64,000 bases of DNA from Octopus bimaculoides (lineage: Eukaryota), in NCBI RefSeq assembly GCF_001194135.2, contig NC_069007.1, positions 10,557,194 to 10,621,193 of the forward strand, in the 5' to 3' direction. This document shows positions 12,614-25,541 of this stretch, piece after piece. The first letter of the stretch is position 1; each line of letters starts with the position of its first letter. The position numbers and the translations under genes were made by a program. Under the pieces are notes generated by a model, which had not been told where the DNA came from, ran no database searches, and saw nothing but the letters and a program-made list of their open reading frames with translations.

Positions 12614-13536
12614 AGTATGTGAAGACACATGGCATAGTGGTTAGGGTATTTGACTCATAAATGTAAGACTGTGAGTTCAATTTCTGGTGGCATTTTGTGA
12701 CCTTGAGCAAGATACTTTATTTCACCTTATTTCTCCAGTTCACTCAACTGGCTAAAATGGGTTGTACTTGTAATTCAAAGGGCCAGTCTTGTGACATTCT
12801 GTGTCTCGCTGAGAACTACAATAAGGGTACACATGTCTATGGAGTGCTCAACCACTTCCACGTTAATTTCACGAGCAGGCTGTTTGGTTGATCGGATCAG
12901 CCGGAACCCTTGTCATCATAACCGACGGAACGCCACATATATGTAGTAAAAGTAAAGTACCTTCCCAAGTCATATAGACGAACTCCCATCTGGACGAGAT
13001 GCTGGTCCTTCGCAGGGACTGGAACATCATCATCATCATCATCATCGTTTAACGTCCGCTTTCCATGCTAGCATGGGTTGGACGATTTGATTGAGGACTG
13101 GTGAAACCGGATGGCAACACCAGGCTCCAATCTAATTTGGCACAGTTTCTACAGCTGGATGCCCTTCCTAACGCCAACCACTCAGAGAGTGTAGTGGGTG
13201 CTTTTACGTGTCACTCGCACGAAAACGGCCACACTCGAAGCATTTTGATCAAGAACACTGTCCGTTCCAGGAATTGAAACCACAATCTTATGATCGTGAG
13301 TACAACACCCTAACCACTAAGCCACGTGCCTCCATATATACATATATTTATAAATTATGAGTTAGAGGTTATGCAACCGTCTAAGAGATAAATGTATCTG
13401 TAGGCACTACTGGTGGTATTACCTCACTATGTATAAGGTTGGTAATTTAAATGGTAAAACATGGTTTAATATATTCAGATTTCTTTTCTTATCTGAATAT
13501 ATATATATATATATGTTGATTCTATTTATGTTTCAG

Positions 13537-13655
13537 GTGCTTTATCTAGTGTGAATACTTTAGTTAACGTGGTCACAGGGCGACACGATTCCACAAAAAA
13601 AAGCCAGGAAACAGCACCTTTATTGCAGGAGTTGAGTGCAAGTCCTGAAACTCAG
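13537..13655 (+). CDS. KCNH2-like (erg/sei): KCNH C-terminal exon: (G)ALSSVNTLVNVVTGRHDSTKKSQETAPLLQELSASPETQ
   Basis: tttcag acceptor and cag|gtaaga donor. Phase 1 in and phase 0 out, consistent with both neighbouring exons. Confidence 0.85.
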
Positions 13656-15789
13656 GTAAGAATCTCATCTTCTCAGTCTTACATTTTTCTCCGTATTACT
13701 AACCCTACTCCTGACAAATTTCAGGTCTTGTGGCCTTAGTAGAAAAGAACATTATTATTATTTTTATTATTAAGGTAGCGAGCTGGCAGAATCATTAGAA
13801 GGCAATGAGCTGGCAGAATCGGTAGCACGCCGGGCGAAATGCTTAGTGGTATTTCGTCTGCCGTTACATTCTGAGTTTGAATTCCGTCAAGGTCAACTTT
13901 GCCTTTCATCCTTCAGGGTCGATAAATTAAGTACCAGTTACACACTGGGGTCGATGTAATCAACTTAATCCCCTTGTCTGTCCTTGTTTGTCTCCTCTAT
14001 GTTTAGCCCCTTGTGGGCAATAAAGAAATAAGAATCGTTAGTGGACCAGGCAAAATGCTTAGCGGTATTTCATCTGTCTTTATGTACTGAGTTCAAATTC
14101 CATCCAGGCTGACTTCGCCTTTCATCCCAATTACTGGGGGCTGATGTAATCAACTAGTCGCCTCTTGCCAAATTTCAAGCCTTGGATGAAGCAATGCACT
14201 GCAACAGCGCATGGCCCCTTAACTGACCTGATGCATAATCTTGTAGCTTTGAAAATTCAACAATGTAACTGTTTGTTTTTAGAATGACATTGTAGGGTAG
14301 GTATGAGAGGCTGGATCCAGTCAGTTTGAACATAAAACAGGTGTGATATGAAAGGATTATTATTATTAAGTTGGTAAGCTGGCAGAAGGATTAGCATACT
14401 GCGCAAAATGCCTAGCATCATTTTGTCTTTCTTTACATTCCGAGTTCAAGTTCTGCCAAGATCAACTTTGCCTTTTATCCTTCCAGAGTTGATAAAATGT
14501 GTAGCAGGCGAGTACTAGGATCCGTGTAATCAACTTGTCTGCTCCCACTTGTCTGCTCCCACCAAAAGGTTTATTACTTCTGCCTTAGTGAAGGCGGAGG
14601 TACTGTTTTCAGTCATGTTTGTTTGTTTGTCCGCAGACAAGCTATCTCAAGAACCGCTGAATGGATTCTGATGAAACTTTCAGGGATGCTTGGCCTCGTG
14701 ACTGGTAAAAACTGATGAGATTTGGGGATTATATAAGTACTGGGGTTGATTCATTCGAGTAAAAGTTCTTCCAAGCAGTGCCCCAGCATGGTCGCAGTCT
14801 AATGACTGAAACGAGTAAAAGCTATTAAAATTCTTGAACCAGAGAGCAACTGGTACGTGTTCCAGATTGCAACAAGAGCCAAGGGAGATCACTCCTCAAT
14901 AGTTAGAAAGCACAGAACGTGACGAGTTATCTCCCTTATTATCATTTAACGTGCTCTTTCTATGCTAGCTCGGGTTGGACGGTTTGATTGTGTGCTTTGG
15001 CGTGGCTTCTATGACTGGATGTCCTTTCTAACGGCTATCAATTTACAGAGTGTACTGATGCCTCTTATGAAACACCAGCACTTGTGAGGCCCCTCCAAGT
15101 GACTTGCAAAACAACTGAGAGGTGGGGAGGTTTTATGCCAGGTGAAAGAGGGACAGGAACAGGTGTCTTACTATAGAGGAGATACATGGCTACTCCAGTT
15201 GGTAAAGAGAGGAAAAGGATAAGAGTGTTGAAAGAAAGAAGTGATGGCATGTAGAGGCCCCCTTCTCTGTTCCCTCTACACTTGTGGTGCATTTAGGGCC
15301 AGGGAAGCTTTAATAGCATTGGTAAAGCCCCTATAGCTGCCGTATGTTGTCATGTCAATGACCCTATAACATGTATAATGAGTTGAGCCAGTGTGAATTG
15401 ATGGATTTTCTTCATCTTTCTAATTAATTCGCTTGATTGTAATGACATCTTGTATAATTAATCCAGCTAATCTGTAAGTCAAAGTTCACCCCAGGAGGAT
15501 TTAAGTAAGATTTAATTATGTGGTAAAGGCAAGGCAATATTAGCTCAATAACAAATATCATTTTAATCATTTCGGTTTGTAAAGAACACAGCTCTGAGCA
15601 TATACTCTAGTTGAAGCTGCATCAACCCATTAACATTTAAACTGGCCATATTCCACCTGTTTTATATTCAAACTGACTGGATCCAGCCTCTCATACCTAC
15701 CCTACAATGTCATTCTAAAAACAAACAGCTACATCGTTGAATTCTCAAAGCTACAAGATTATGCATCAGGGTCAGTTAAGGGGCCATGC

Positions 15790-16290
15790 GCTGTTGCAGT
15801 GCATTGCTTCATCCACCATTTGTCGGTATCTATTCGGCTTTTCCTGTACAACCCTCCTAGCAGTTTTCCAGTGAGTTCTTGTTTCCAAAAAATACTTTCT
15901 TGTCCAACTATAATCATACAGCATGTGGCTGACCAACATGAATCATAACCCCCAGCTAGATCCTCAGAGAAGAGAACATGGTACCTAGGATCTGACTCAG
16001 TTAATTGAGCAACATAACCAAAGCATAAATGTAGATGCTCCTGAACCATACAAGTAACAGGACGCATCCCAGTTTCTTGAGTACAGTTGTTGATTGGCTA
16101 TAAAATCCAACCAATCATAGTTTACAATCCTGGTGCCGAAGAGGTTCATGGAGCCCTTAAATGCTCTGGACAGTGTCCAAGTCTTACAAGTGTAGAGCAA
16201 GAGAAGGAGAATCGGTGACCTGAAGATCTGAATCTTTGTCTTCCTGTTCAGGTACCAACAGCGTTGAGCACCCTCGTTCAGTGAGTTTGC
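15790..16290 (-). mobile_element. Degraded RTE LINE RT/C-terminal fragment
   Basis: TKIQIFRS..LLLYTCKTWTL...DWLDFIANQQL and FGYVAQL..SDP motifs, interrupted by frameshifts. Confidence 0.75.
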
Positions 16291-17785
16291 AACTGCAGCA
16301 GCATGCGCAAGTCGTCTTAGATTATGCATAATTAATTGTGGCAAAGACAATAATACCAAACAGGGATCATACTGTTATAAACTCTTCCTTAGTTCCATCT
16401 GAGACTATTTTGGTAAAGGCTGCCCCTGTTGCTATGTTAATAACCCTATGGCACATATGATGAGCTGAGCCAGTGTGTATCAATGGATTTTTTTTATCTT
16501 GGTTGTAAGGACAAATCTTTGCTTAGTTCCATCTGGGACTGAAAATACATGATACGTCTTTATGAGTGGTCATAACTTGATGGATGTCTAATCTTTGCAA
16601 AGAGTCATCATCATATTCCTTCATAATTGACTAAATTCAATGCTTACTTGCAGAAAATTGTCTGCTTGGGATGGTATTTTACCAAAAATGTAGAAATATG
16701 CCAGAAATATACTCCCGGTAGAATTTACTTGGGTTCTTAGACATGTTGTCCGAGGAAGGTATCCCATAAGATTTTAAAAGACATTTAGTGAGAGAGATAG
16801 TTTGTTCCTTCTCGATCTGTGCCTGGCTCATAAGGGCTGGTTTCCCAGTTTCATTGGTGTATAGGTTCTCCACCTCAACAGAACGCCGGTCCGTCGCAGG
16901 TGGGCTTCCACGAGGTTACTGTTGACCAAATACAGTCATCAGGTGTTAGTTGATCCAGGGCTATATTTGAAGACACTTACCCAAATTGCTGAGCAGTAGG
17001 TGAGACTGAAACTGAAACAATGTGGCTGGAAAGTGAGTCTCTTTACACAGCTATAATACACACACGCACACGCTGCCAGGGATCAGTCGCCATCTCTCTC
17101 TTTTGGACCATCATCAAGAGGGATGTAACTCTGATATTATTGAATTTTCTCCCTTAGTTACTACTATAGGTCACTTAAATGTCATCTGCTGTTTGATGTG
17201 TTATGCGTTGTTGAACATTTTCCTCTGTCAGTAATATCTAGTAATATTACACCTGTCAAAAACCTTCTTCTAGTCCCAAAATTCCAGAAATATTGGTTTT
17301 CTTTTTAGGTAAAAATTTCTCATGCAATTGACTCGCTAGGAAGATGACATCTGTGATAACCCTACTTTTTCTGAACAAAAGGCTAAGCTGCATATCATCA
17401 TCATCATCATCATTTAACGTCTGTTGCCCATGCTGGCATGGGTTGGACGGTTTGACCAGGGCTGGCACACTGGAAGGCTGCACCAGACTCCAGTCTGATT
17501 TCGCATGGTTTTCTATGGTTGGATGCCCTTCCTTACACCAACCACTCCAAGTGTCTAATGGGTGCTTTTATATACCATTTGCATGACACCGGTATCTGCT
17601 ACAACTCACACACGGTATAATACCAAAGGACTCAGTCATTTGTCATTTTCTCCATGATGCCCAAAACTCAAAAGGTGCTTTTCATGTGACACTGGCATCG
17701 GCCGGCTTGCATTTAGATTAATTCCATTCCAGATCAGATTGTATTATGATGTTCCTCATGTAAATATTATTTTCTCTTTTGTCAG

Positions 17786-17976
17786 CACAAAGTGACATCT
17801 TCATCAAGTGTACCAAAATCTACGTCGAGTATGACTCTACCAGTGTCTACGTCGTCCAGCCATTCCCAGTTCGACGAGCATCAGCCTTCAGGAAGAGGTG
17901 GTGCTGATTCACAAACAGCGATGGTAGGACACACAAGTCCGTTGGATGTGGAAAGGAGATTGGAGGATATGACAAG
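17786..17976 (+). CDS. KCNH2-like (erg/sei): KCNH C-terminal exon: HKVTSSSSVPKSTSSMTLPVSTSSSHSQFDEHQPSGRGGADSQTAMVGHTSPLDVERRLEDMT(R), start of the tetramerising coiled coil
   Basis: ttttgtcag acceptor and aag|gttatt donor. Phase 0 in, phase 2 out. DVERRLEDMTR aligns with hERG DVESRLDALQR. Confidence 0.88.
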
Positions 17977-18002
17977 GTTATTATCATCTATTATTATTAT
18001 TA

Positions 18003-18561
18003 TTGAGTGAGATGGCCATGCATGTCATCAAAGTGACACTGGGGTAAAATATACGAAGCCCAGTATACCCATCATGACTACCCGTCTGATAAGGGTACAC
18101 CAGGCACATGCATCACAACCATACATGCGCGATATGATGATCCCATATCAAGATAAACAGCACATGACCTTGCAGGTGGGGGCCCAGTTAGAATTTTCTT
18201 CAGGTCGAGTAGCCCATCCCATTCAAAAGGTCCTTGAATAAGGTTTGTTTAAGGATGTTAAGCAAAACACCCATGTTTCCAAAGGTGAATTATTCAAACC
18301 CCAAAGAATTCCTCTCAACACATGGCTATGATGCTTCCCTGACTACTTCTACTCATGATCAGAGATGCACATATCGTCAGCCACCAAGGGACATGCTTAA
18401 CTGGTTAAGGTCAAACAACTGACAAGCAAATCTGTGGTATTGAGCAGAATATTTGCTGTAGCCCATCTCTTTATACCAAGACAAAACAATGTACATGATA
18501 ACACTTCCAATCAGTTAAGATCAGAAGCCATGAGAGCAACTGCCTGGTACTGCATCAGTGC
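18003..18561 (-). mobile_element. About 550-bp SINE-like element with (AAT)n tail; second copy at about 28262-28800
   Basis: The two copies align over their full length. Confidence 0.8.
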
Positions 18562-19479
18562 GTTGTTGTTATTATTATTATTATTATTACTTAAACCTGC
18601 AAGCTAGCATTACTCTGCCAGACAAAATGCTTAGCAGTGTTTCCTCTGTCTTTACGTTTTGAGTTCAAATTCTGCCAAGATTGACTTTGCCATTCATCCA
18701 TTTGGGGTCAGTGAAACAAGTAGCATTCAAGCACTGAGATCAATGTAATCAATTAGTCCCCTCCCCTAAAATTTCAGGCCTAGTGCCTAAAGTAGAAAGG
18801 ATTATTATTATCATTATTATTATTATTATTAAAGTGGTGAGCTGCCAGAATCATTAGCATGCTCGGCAAAATACTTACCGGCGTTTCATCCTTCCTTACA
18901 TTCTCAGTTCAAATTCTGCAGAGGTGCAGGAGTGGCTGTGTGGTAAGTAGCTTGTTTACCAACCACATGGTTCTGGGTTCACTCCCACTGCGTGGCACCT
19001 TGGGCAACTGTCTTCTACTATAGCCTCAAGCTGACCAAAGCCTTGTGAGTGGATTTGGTAGGCGGAAACTGAAAGAAGCCCGTCGTATATATGTATATAT
19101 ATATTTGTATATGTTTGCTTAGTGGCATTTCTTCCAGTTTTATGTTCTGAGTATAAAATTGACATATTTCAAACATGACATTTCTCAACAAAAGACAGAG
19201 AGGTGTATCAAATTTCTCTGCACAGTTAAAGGTAATAAAATTTTGAATGGACATATCTGAATTCTGCAGTGACAAGGTTAATGGATGTGTATTGTTGCAT
19301 GACAACATTTAAGCGATGACCACGTCATGTTCACCTGCCCTGCAAACAGTATTTCTCACAGACAAGTGATTTTTCACATCAGAACATGACTCAATATCCT
19401 TTGTTTCATCCATTCTGGAACAGAAATTAAACTTAAAAGCAATGATGCATAAATATCCCTCCATTCGTCTTCTCCACCC

Positions 19480-19690
19480 ACTATTCCTGGAAGGGTTGTG
19501 ATGCTAGTCTTCAGGTACCTTTTCCTGTCAGATGCAACCATTATTAGACTTTCTGGCAGGATTCCCAAGCATGATCTGAGACTATGGATATTATTCCAAT
19601 CATCTCATTCTTGATCTAACCTAGGTCTCCTGCTGGTCAGCTTTCCTTGAAGAATCTGTCTTACAAACCTTTTCTGTGACATTAAAATCA
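19480..19690 (-). mobile_element. Degraded RTE LINE C-terminal fragment
   Basis: RFVRQILQGKLTSRRPR...W..I....LGILPESLIMVASDRKRY, an RTE-like tail with internal stops. Confidence 0.6.
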
Positions 19691-20236
19691 TGTGTCTGCA
19701 TGTAGTACCAGGGCTGTAATCTCTCAGGGCAGAGCTCAACCTGGAAAGACTCCCTGATCTCCAAGCTACGCTCCTTGTCAAGGAACCCCATTTTGGCCAC
19801 TTGTTTTCATGGTTGTACTCTTTTGGTCATTATTTAACATTCAGGTCCATAGGTGAGGATAGGCACAAAAACTGAATCGAAGATAGCGTGTTTGGTTTCT
19901 TTTTACTGATTATGATGTCTGTAATACCAGACCTGTGACATTTCAATGCGGAGAAGTAAAGGCTCAATTTGGACAGATTCCCTGATCTCCAACTATGCAC
20001 CTTGCCAAGTAACATTACGCCAGAGACCCTTTCAGGGAACCCCATTTTGGCCACTTGTGATCTTACCCTTTCAATCATTACCCAAAATTCATGAACCTAG
20101 GTGAAAATAAGCATGATATCTGAATTGAAGATAGTGAGTTTGGTTTCTTTTTTTTTTTTTTTTTTTTTTACCAATCTTTCCTCTTTTGATAAAATTTCTA
20201 ATTTTTGTCTTTGTTTTCTTTCTTTTCAATTTCCAG

Positions 20237-20675
20237 GCAGCTTTGCAGGTTAGAAAAAAAAATGAGCTCAGATATATCAATGATTTTAAGCATTTTACGC
20301 AACCAGTATTCAACTGCTGCTGTATCAGTCCCAGCCGTAAGTTTCAGTGGAGGTGCTCAAATCAGCTCTTCGTCACAGGCCCCAGCCAGTGGCAGTTATA
20401 CAGCGCCAGTCTCTTGTAAAACAGCTGTATCAGAGCCGAAAACAACAGCAGGAAGTAACTATCAAGCATTTCCAAAATCTAGTGAACAACAACAACTACA
20501 TCAACAACAGCAACAACATCAACAACAACAGCAACAGCAGCAGCAGCAGCAACAACATTCGCAGCAGCTGGATTCAAATGTAACAAACATGGTGGGTGGG
20601 GATGTGAGTTCCGTTCCAGATGATGATGTATTCCAGTTCCCCCCTCCGCCTCCTCCTTATTCAAGTGATGTCCAG
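20237..20675 (+). CDS. KCNH2-like (erg/sei): KCNH coiled-coil/polyQ exon: (R)QLCRLEKKMSSDISMILSILRNQ...QQQ...FPPPPPPYSSDVQ
   Basis: Long T tract plus ttccag acceptor and cag|gtaaag donor. QLCRLEKKMSSDISMILSILRNQ aligns without gaps to hERG [23 protein letters not shown]. Confidence 0.92.
20485..20566 (+). repeat. CAA/CAG coding repeat (polyQ with His interruptions)
   Basis: caacaacaactacatcaacaacagcaacaacatcaacaacaacagcaacagcagcagcagcagcaacaacattcgcagcag lies in frame inside exon 20237-20675. Confidence 0.9.
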
Positions 20676-22427
20676 GTAAAGATAGAAAATTTTAATTCTT
20701 CAATTTCTTTTCTGAAAGCCATTAAAAAAACGATGTTAGTCCCTATTTTCAATGAAACAATATAGAGACATAGATCCAAACTCACACAGTTTACTAGTTT
20801 CAGCTTAAGAGCTATGGCCATGCTGGGGCATGGCTGTTAGCTATGTTACACTTTTCCTACTTGAAACCTCCTCTGATGTATGGCTTTTGTGAATGAGAGG
20901 GTTTGGTGTTGCTGCCCTCATCTGCGTTTCCTTCTGTGATACCAAGATATGGATTCAGAGAATCATATGGTTGTCACAGAAAGTTCTTCTACTGGACTCA
21001 GCTGACAGACCACAAAACAGCCCAATACAGAGAAATGTTATGTAGTATGTCTATGAAGCTGAAATCCAGAAGATCTGATTGATGAAATTATTTCATAAGG
21101 TATATATAAACCATAAAATATCAGGTGGTACAAGAGATGAATAAATATTTATTTAACCACATGACATCCTAAGGATTACAGCTGTTTCACAGCCTTCTTC
21201 ATGTTGTAATAATTTCAGTGTGGAAGAAATTATGCTTATATGTTTGTATTACTATGCATTATACAGTAAAATTGCATATTTACAAATCAATACAAATAAA
21301 GAAAGCTAGATCATCAGAGTATCATGGTTACACCAACGATTCGACTAATGGCAGTACCCCAGCATGGCCACAGCTCTTGTGCTAAAACTAGTAACAGAAT
21401 AAAAGAATAAAGAAAGAGAATCAGAATTCTGTATCTGTGTGTGTGTGTAATAGCTAAGGCATTTAGTACAAAAGCTTGGATATTATTGTCTAAACTCTGT
21501 ATTCACAATTCGTAGTAATAAAGAGTGGCTGTCTGATGAGGTGCAATATTTATGTAACATGTGTGACATGCCTACTTTAAAAGCGTCTTTCCTACATGTG
21601 CACATTACATGCAAACAAACAAACATATTCATCTGCATGTGTATGTGTGTGTGTAATGAAATATCTCACTTTATAAAATGTCTAATTACTAAATCATTCT
21701 GCTGCTTTCTAAAAAAGAATGAAGTAGTACCATACATGATTGAATCTGACTAAAAACAAGAAAAATAAGTCCCTCTCTGATATATTCTAAAGGAGCAGAG
21801 TGTATTAGTTACAATATTAATTACTTGATTAATTAATTAGACCTCAGCTTATTACAAACGACAGTTGAAATATATCTGACAAAATACAAAGCATTCTGTT
21901 TATCTTTTTTACTCTTTTGGTCTGATTGGGTATATAAAAATGATGAAACAGAAAGCCTTCCATTTTGTCAGCTATACATTTACACATACACTCACACACA
22001 TCACATACACACACTCATAATATATATTGCACACAGACACACATATATATACACATATATCTACACATACACATATATCTACACATACACACACACATGT
22101 AAAAAGGCACATTGTCATCATTTCACGTCCGTTTTCCATGCTGGCATGGGTTGGACAGCTTGACTGGGGGCTGTCTTGGCAAAAGACCGCACCAGGCTTC
22201 ACTGTCTGTTTTGACAGGGCTTTCATCACTGGATGCCCTTCTTAACACCAACCCCCTTACAGAGTGGTATACAAGTACATATACCATCATCATTTAACAT
22301 CCACACCAGCATGGGTCAGACGGTTTGACTGGAACCGGTAAGCCAGAGAACTGATTGGTAAGACCAGCCATGATGTATACTTAATACTATAAAATTTGAA
22401 TATAACACATATATACANNNNNNNNNN

Positions 22428-22476
<49 letters not shown>

Positions 22477-22854
22477 CATAGCACATATGCTCCTGGATTC
22501 TTGTGAGACAACCTTACAGAAGGCAAGCAGTACACAACCAACACTACAGTACACCGTCACCGTAGCAACTGAACTGCTCCCCACCTCTTGCCCATTGTCA
22601 TATCATAAGACATATATTCAAATATTTCCCTACAACAATCCTGATAATCCAGGAGGATTCTTAATCTAACATAAAAATGACCTTTCAGCATGATTTCTAT
22701 CACAAATTTTCGAAAACAAAAAGACAAGCAGATAAAATGCCATAGAACTCGACCCTCTTCTAATAACAGACCAAACTATAGTGCTGCCGTTCTATTCACT
22801 TTATCAATCTAAAACTCTTTCTCTTACTTCCTTTCTTTGCTGCTTCTTCTCCAG

Positions 22855-22894
22855 GATTCTTAGTAGAGTTGTCCAATATAACTCTCTTTGGCAG
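22855..22894 (+). CDS. Candidate 40-nt alternative exon ending the channel as ...DVQ-DS-stop
   Basis: About 40-nt pyrimidine tract plus ccag acceptor and gcag|gtaggt donor. GAT TCT TAG TAG in phase 0. Confidence 0.55.
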
Positions 22895-23508
22895 GTAGGT
22901 TTATATATGTTTTCATTTTTTTATAATTAATTGATTTTTTTTTCTAATTAATATTTTTGTTATTCAGTTTCTTGTTTATTCCTCTTTGCTTTATTGTCTA
23001 TTTATCTTCTGCTTTTGTTTATTCCTCTTTCCCCCCCCCCCTAAATCAGTGTCTGACAATAAGCAGCTTTAAGATGTTTGCACTCTGTTGTCTGTTTACC
23101 TACCTACCTGTAGCTATCTATCTAACTATACCTATCTATCTATATCTATCTATCTATATTTATATCTATATCTATATGTATCTATCTATAACTATTTATC
23201 TATCTATCTATCATCATCATCATCATCATCATCGTTTAACGTCCGCTTTCCATGCTAGCATGGGTTGGACGATTTGACTGAGGACTGGTGAAACCGGATG
23301 GCAACACCAGGCTCCAGTCTGATTTGGCAGAGTTTCTACAGCTGGATGCCCTTCCTAACGCCAACCACTCAGAGAGTGTAGTGGGTGCTTTTACGTGTCA
23401 CCCGCACGAAAACGGCCACGCTCGAAATGGTGTCTTTTATGTGCCNNNNNNNNNNNNNNNNNNNNNNNNNNNNNNNNNNNNNNNNNNNNNNNNNNNNNNN
23501 NNNNNNNN

Positions 23509-23790
23509 CAGTAGTCATCGCCTCGGTGAGGCCCAATGTACGAAGGTCTTGCCTCACCACCTCAGCCTAGGTCTTCCTGGGCCTACCTCTTCCACGGGTT
23601 CCCTCAACTGTTAGGGTGTGGCACTTTTTCACGCAGCTATCCTCCTCCATTCTCACCACATGTCCATACCAGCGCAATCGTCTCTCTTGCACGCCACAAC
23701 TGATGCTTCTAATGTTCAGCTTTTCTCTCAAGATACTTACACTCTGACGGGTATTCACATTGACATTACACATCCAACGGAGCATACTGG
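23509..23790 (-). mobile_element. RTE LINE ORF C-terminus (MLRWMC...QERRLRWYGHVVRMEE...GRGRPRKTW)
   Basis: Canonical RLRWYGHV.RM and GRGRPRKTW motifs. Confidence 0.9.
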
Positions 23791-25038
23791 CTTCATTCCT
23801 TGCGAGCTTACGTATGTCCTCAGCAGTTACAGCCCATGTTTCACTGATTTATCTACCTACCCAGTTGGTTTGCCCTAACCAATGCAACTCTTCTTCACCA
23901 GGCGTCTCAGTCTTCCTTAGTAGTTTTCTTATTCTCAAACTTCATATCCATTATGTTCCACAAGTTGATCTTTGCTCTTCTTGGTTTACTGATACTTTCA
24001 TGACCTTGCGTGGAGGCGCAATGGCCCAGTGGTTAGGGCAGCAGACTCACGGTCATAGGATCGCGGTTTCGATTCCCAGACCGGGCGTTGTGAGTGTTTA
24101 TTGAGCGAAAACACCTAAAGTTCCATGAGGCTCCGGCAGGGGATGGTGGCGAACCCTGCTGTACTCTTCCACCATAACTTTCTCTCACTCTTACTTCTTG
24201 TTTCTGTTGTGCCTGTAATTCAAAGGGTCAGCCTTGTCACACTGTGTCACGCTGAATATCCCCGAGAACTACATTAAGGGTACACGTGTCTGTGGAGTGC
24301 TCAGCCACTTGCACGTTAATTTCACTAACAGGCTGTTCCGTTGATCGGATCAACTGGAACCCTCTTCGTCGTAAGCGACGGAGTGCCAGCAACATGTCCT
24401 TGCATGAATTTCCAAAGGAGGAGTCCACTGGATATTTCATCCTTACTTCTGTAGCTATGTCTTGCATAAAATGTTCTTCCTCTGATTACCGAAATGATGG
24501 TAGGAAGACTACCATACATCCAACCCTTTGTGGCTTGTTGCTGCCAAGAAAGATTGAGAACTGCACTAAGCATACATACCATTAAGCTTCTTTTGAAGCC
24601 CATGCTGAAGAGCCATAGAGAAATACTGCTTCAAAGACTGCTTTGAAGAAATCCCTTTTCATGTTGTTAAGAAGGGAGGACTTTTGTATAATTCTGTCTG
24701 TCTAGGGCATTACATGCTTTTGCAGTCCTTACTTAGGCATCCTTTTCTGTTGAAACGATGTTAATTTGCAGGTAATTAAAAGTCATCAACCATCATCAGA
24801 TTGACATCATTCAGTTTACTAGCTATCACCTGTTTTGTAACAGGTGATACCTTTGTGTACATTTGCAGGCGTCTGTATGTGTGTGTGTGACTGCCTATAT
24901 CTTTTTAACTGGCTGATGAGGTCGGAGTGTCTTGACATGCTTGCAAGTTCTGCTAGAAAAAGCAGTTTAATCTATTAAAAATATCACACTAATCAGTAAA
25001 CCATGTGCCTTCACAGCACATGGCTGAGTGGTTAATAT

Positions 25039-25541
25039 CATGTGCGGACAGGATGCCGAATGCATTTTTGCCAAAGGGCGCCAAAGACAAGATGCTCAAC
25101 GGACACAATGCCAAACGAACATAAAGTTGAATGGATACAATGCTGAATGGACATAATGCTGAATGCACACAGTGCCAAATGGACATAAAGCCAAATGGAC
25201 ACAATGCTGAACGGACATAAAGCCGAACGCACACAATGTCAAATGGACATAAAGCCAAATGGACAAAAAGCCGAACAGACACAATGCTGAATGGACACAA
25301 TGCCAAATGGACATAAAGCCGAACAGACACAGTAATAACACATTCCTACCTATATAATTTAATGACCAATTCACCAATTTGACACTTAAGATTTAATGAG
25401 ATTAAATTTTAATTTTTGCATGTCTTTTCGGCATCTTGCTTGTTTGGTTTTATGTCCGTTTGGCATTGTGTTCATTTGGCTTCTTGGCTTCAGCTTCTTG
25501 TCCTTTGGCAAAAGTGCATTTAACATTCTGTCCATGTACCA
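25039..25541. mobile_element. MITE/foldback element with about 35-bp TIRs, 16-bp subterminal repeats and an 8-bp direct repeat GTTAATAT
   Basis: ggacaggatgccgaatgcatttttgccaaagg (from 25046) is inverse-complementary to cctttggcaaaagtgcatttaacattctgtcc (to 25533). gttaatat occurs at 25031-25038 and 25542-25549. Confidence 0.7.

Noticed and set aside
21528-21570. CTGATGAG motif as a hammerhead (also 24907-24945)
   Set aside because: GAAA and stem II/III are not recoverable; at most a heavily decayed relic.
24008-24090. tRNA-like sequences (also 1549, 53993, 59384)
   Set aside because: A and B boxes are present but there is no complete cloverleaf or acceptor stem, and each continues into a SINE body.
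25085-25330. Regular short repeats resembling a CRISPR array
   Set aside because: 16-bp units with no unique spacers, eukaryotic context and no cas genes; they are subterminal repeats of a MITE.
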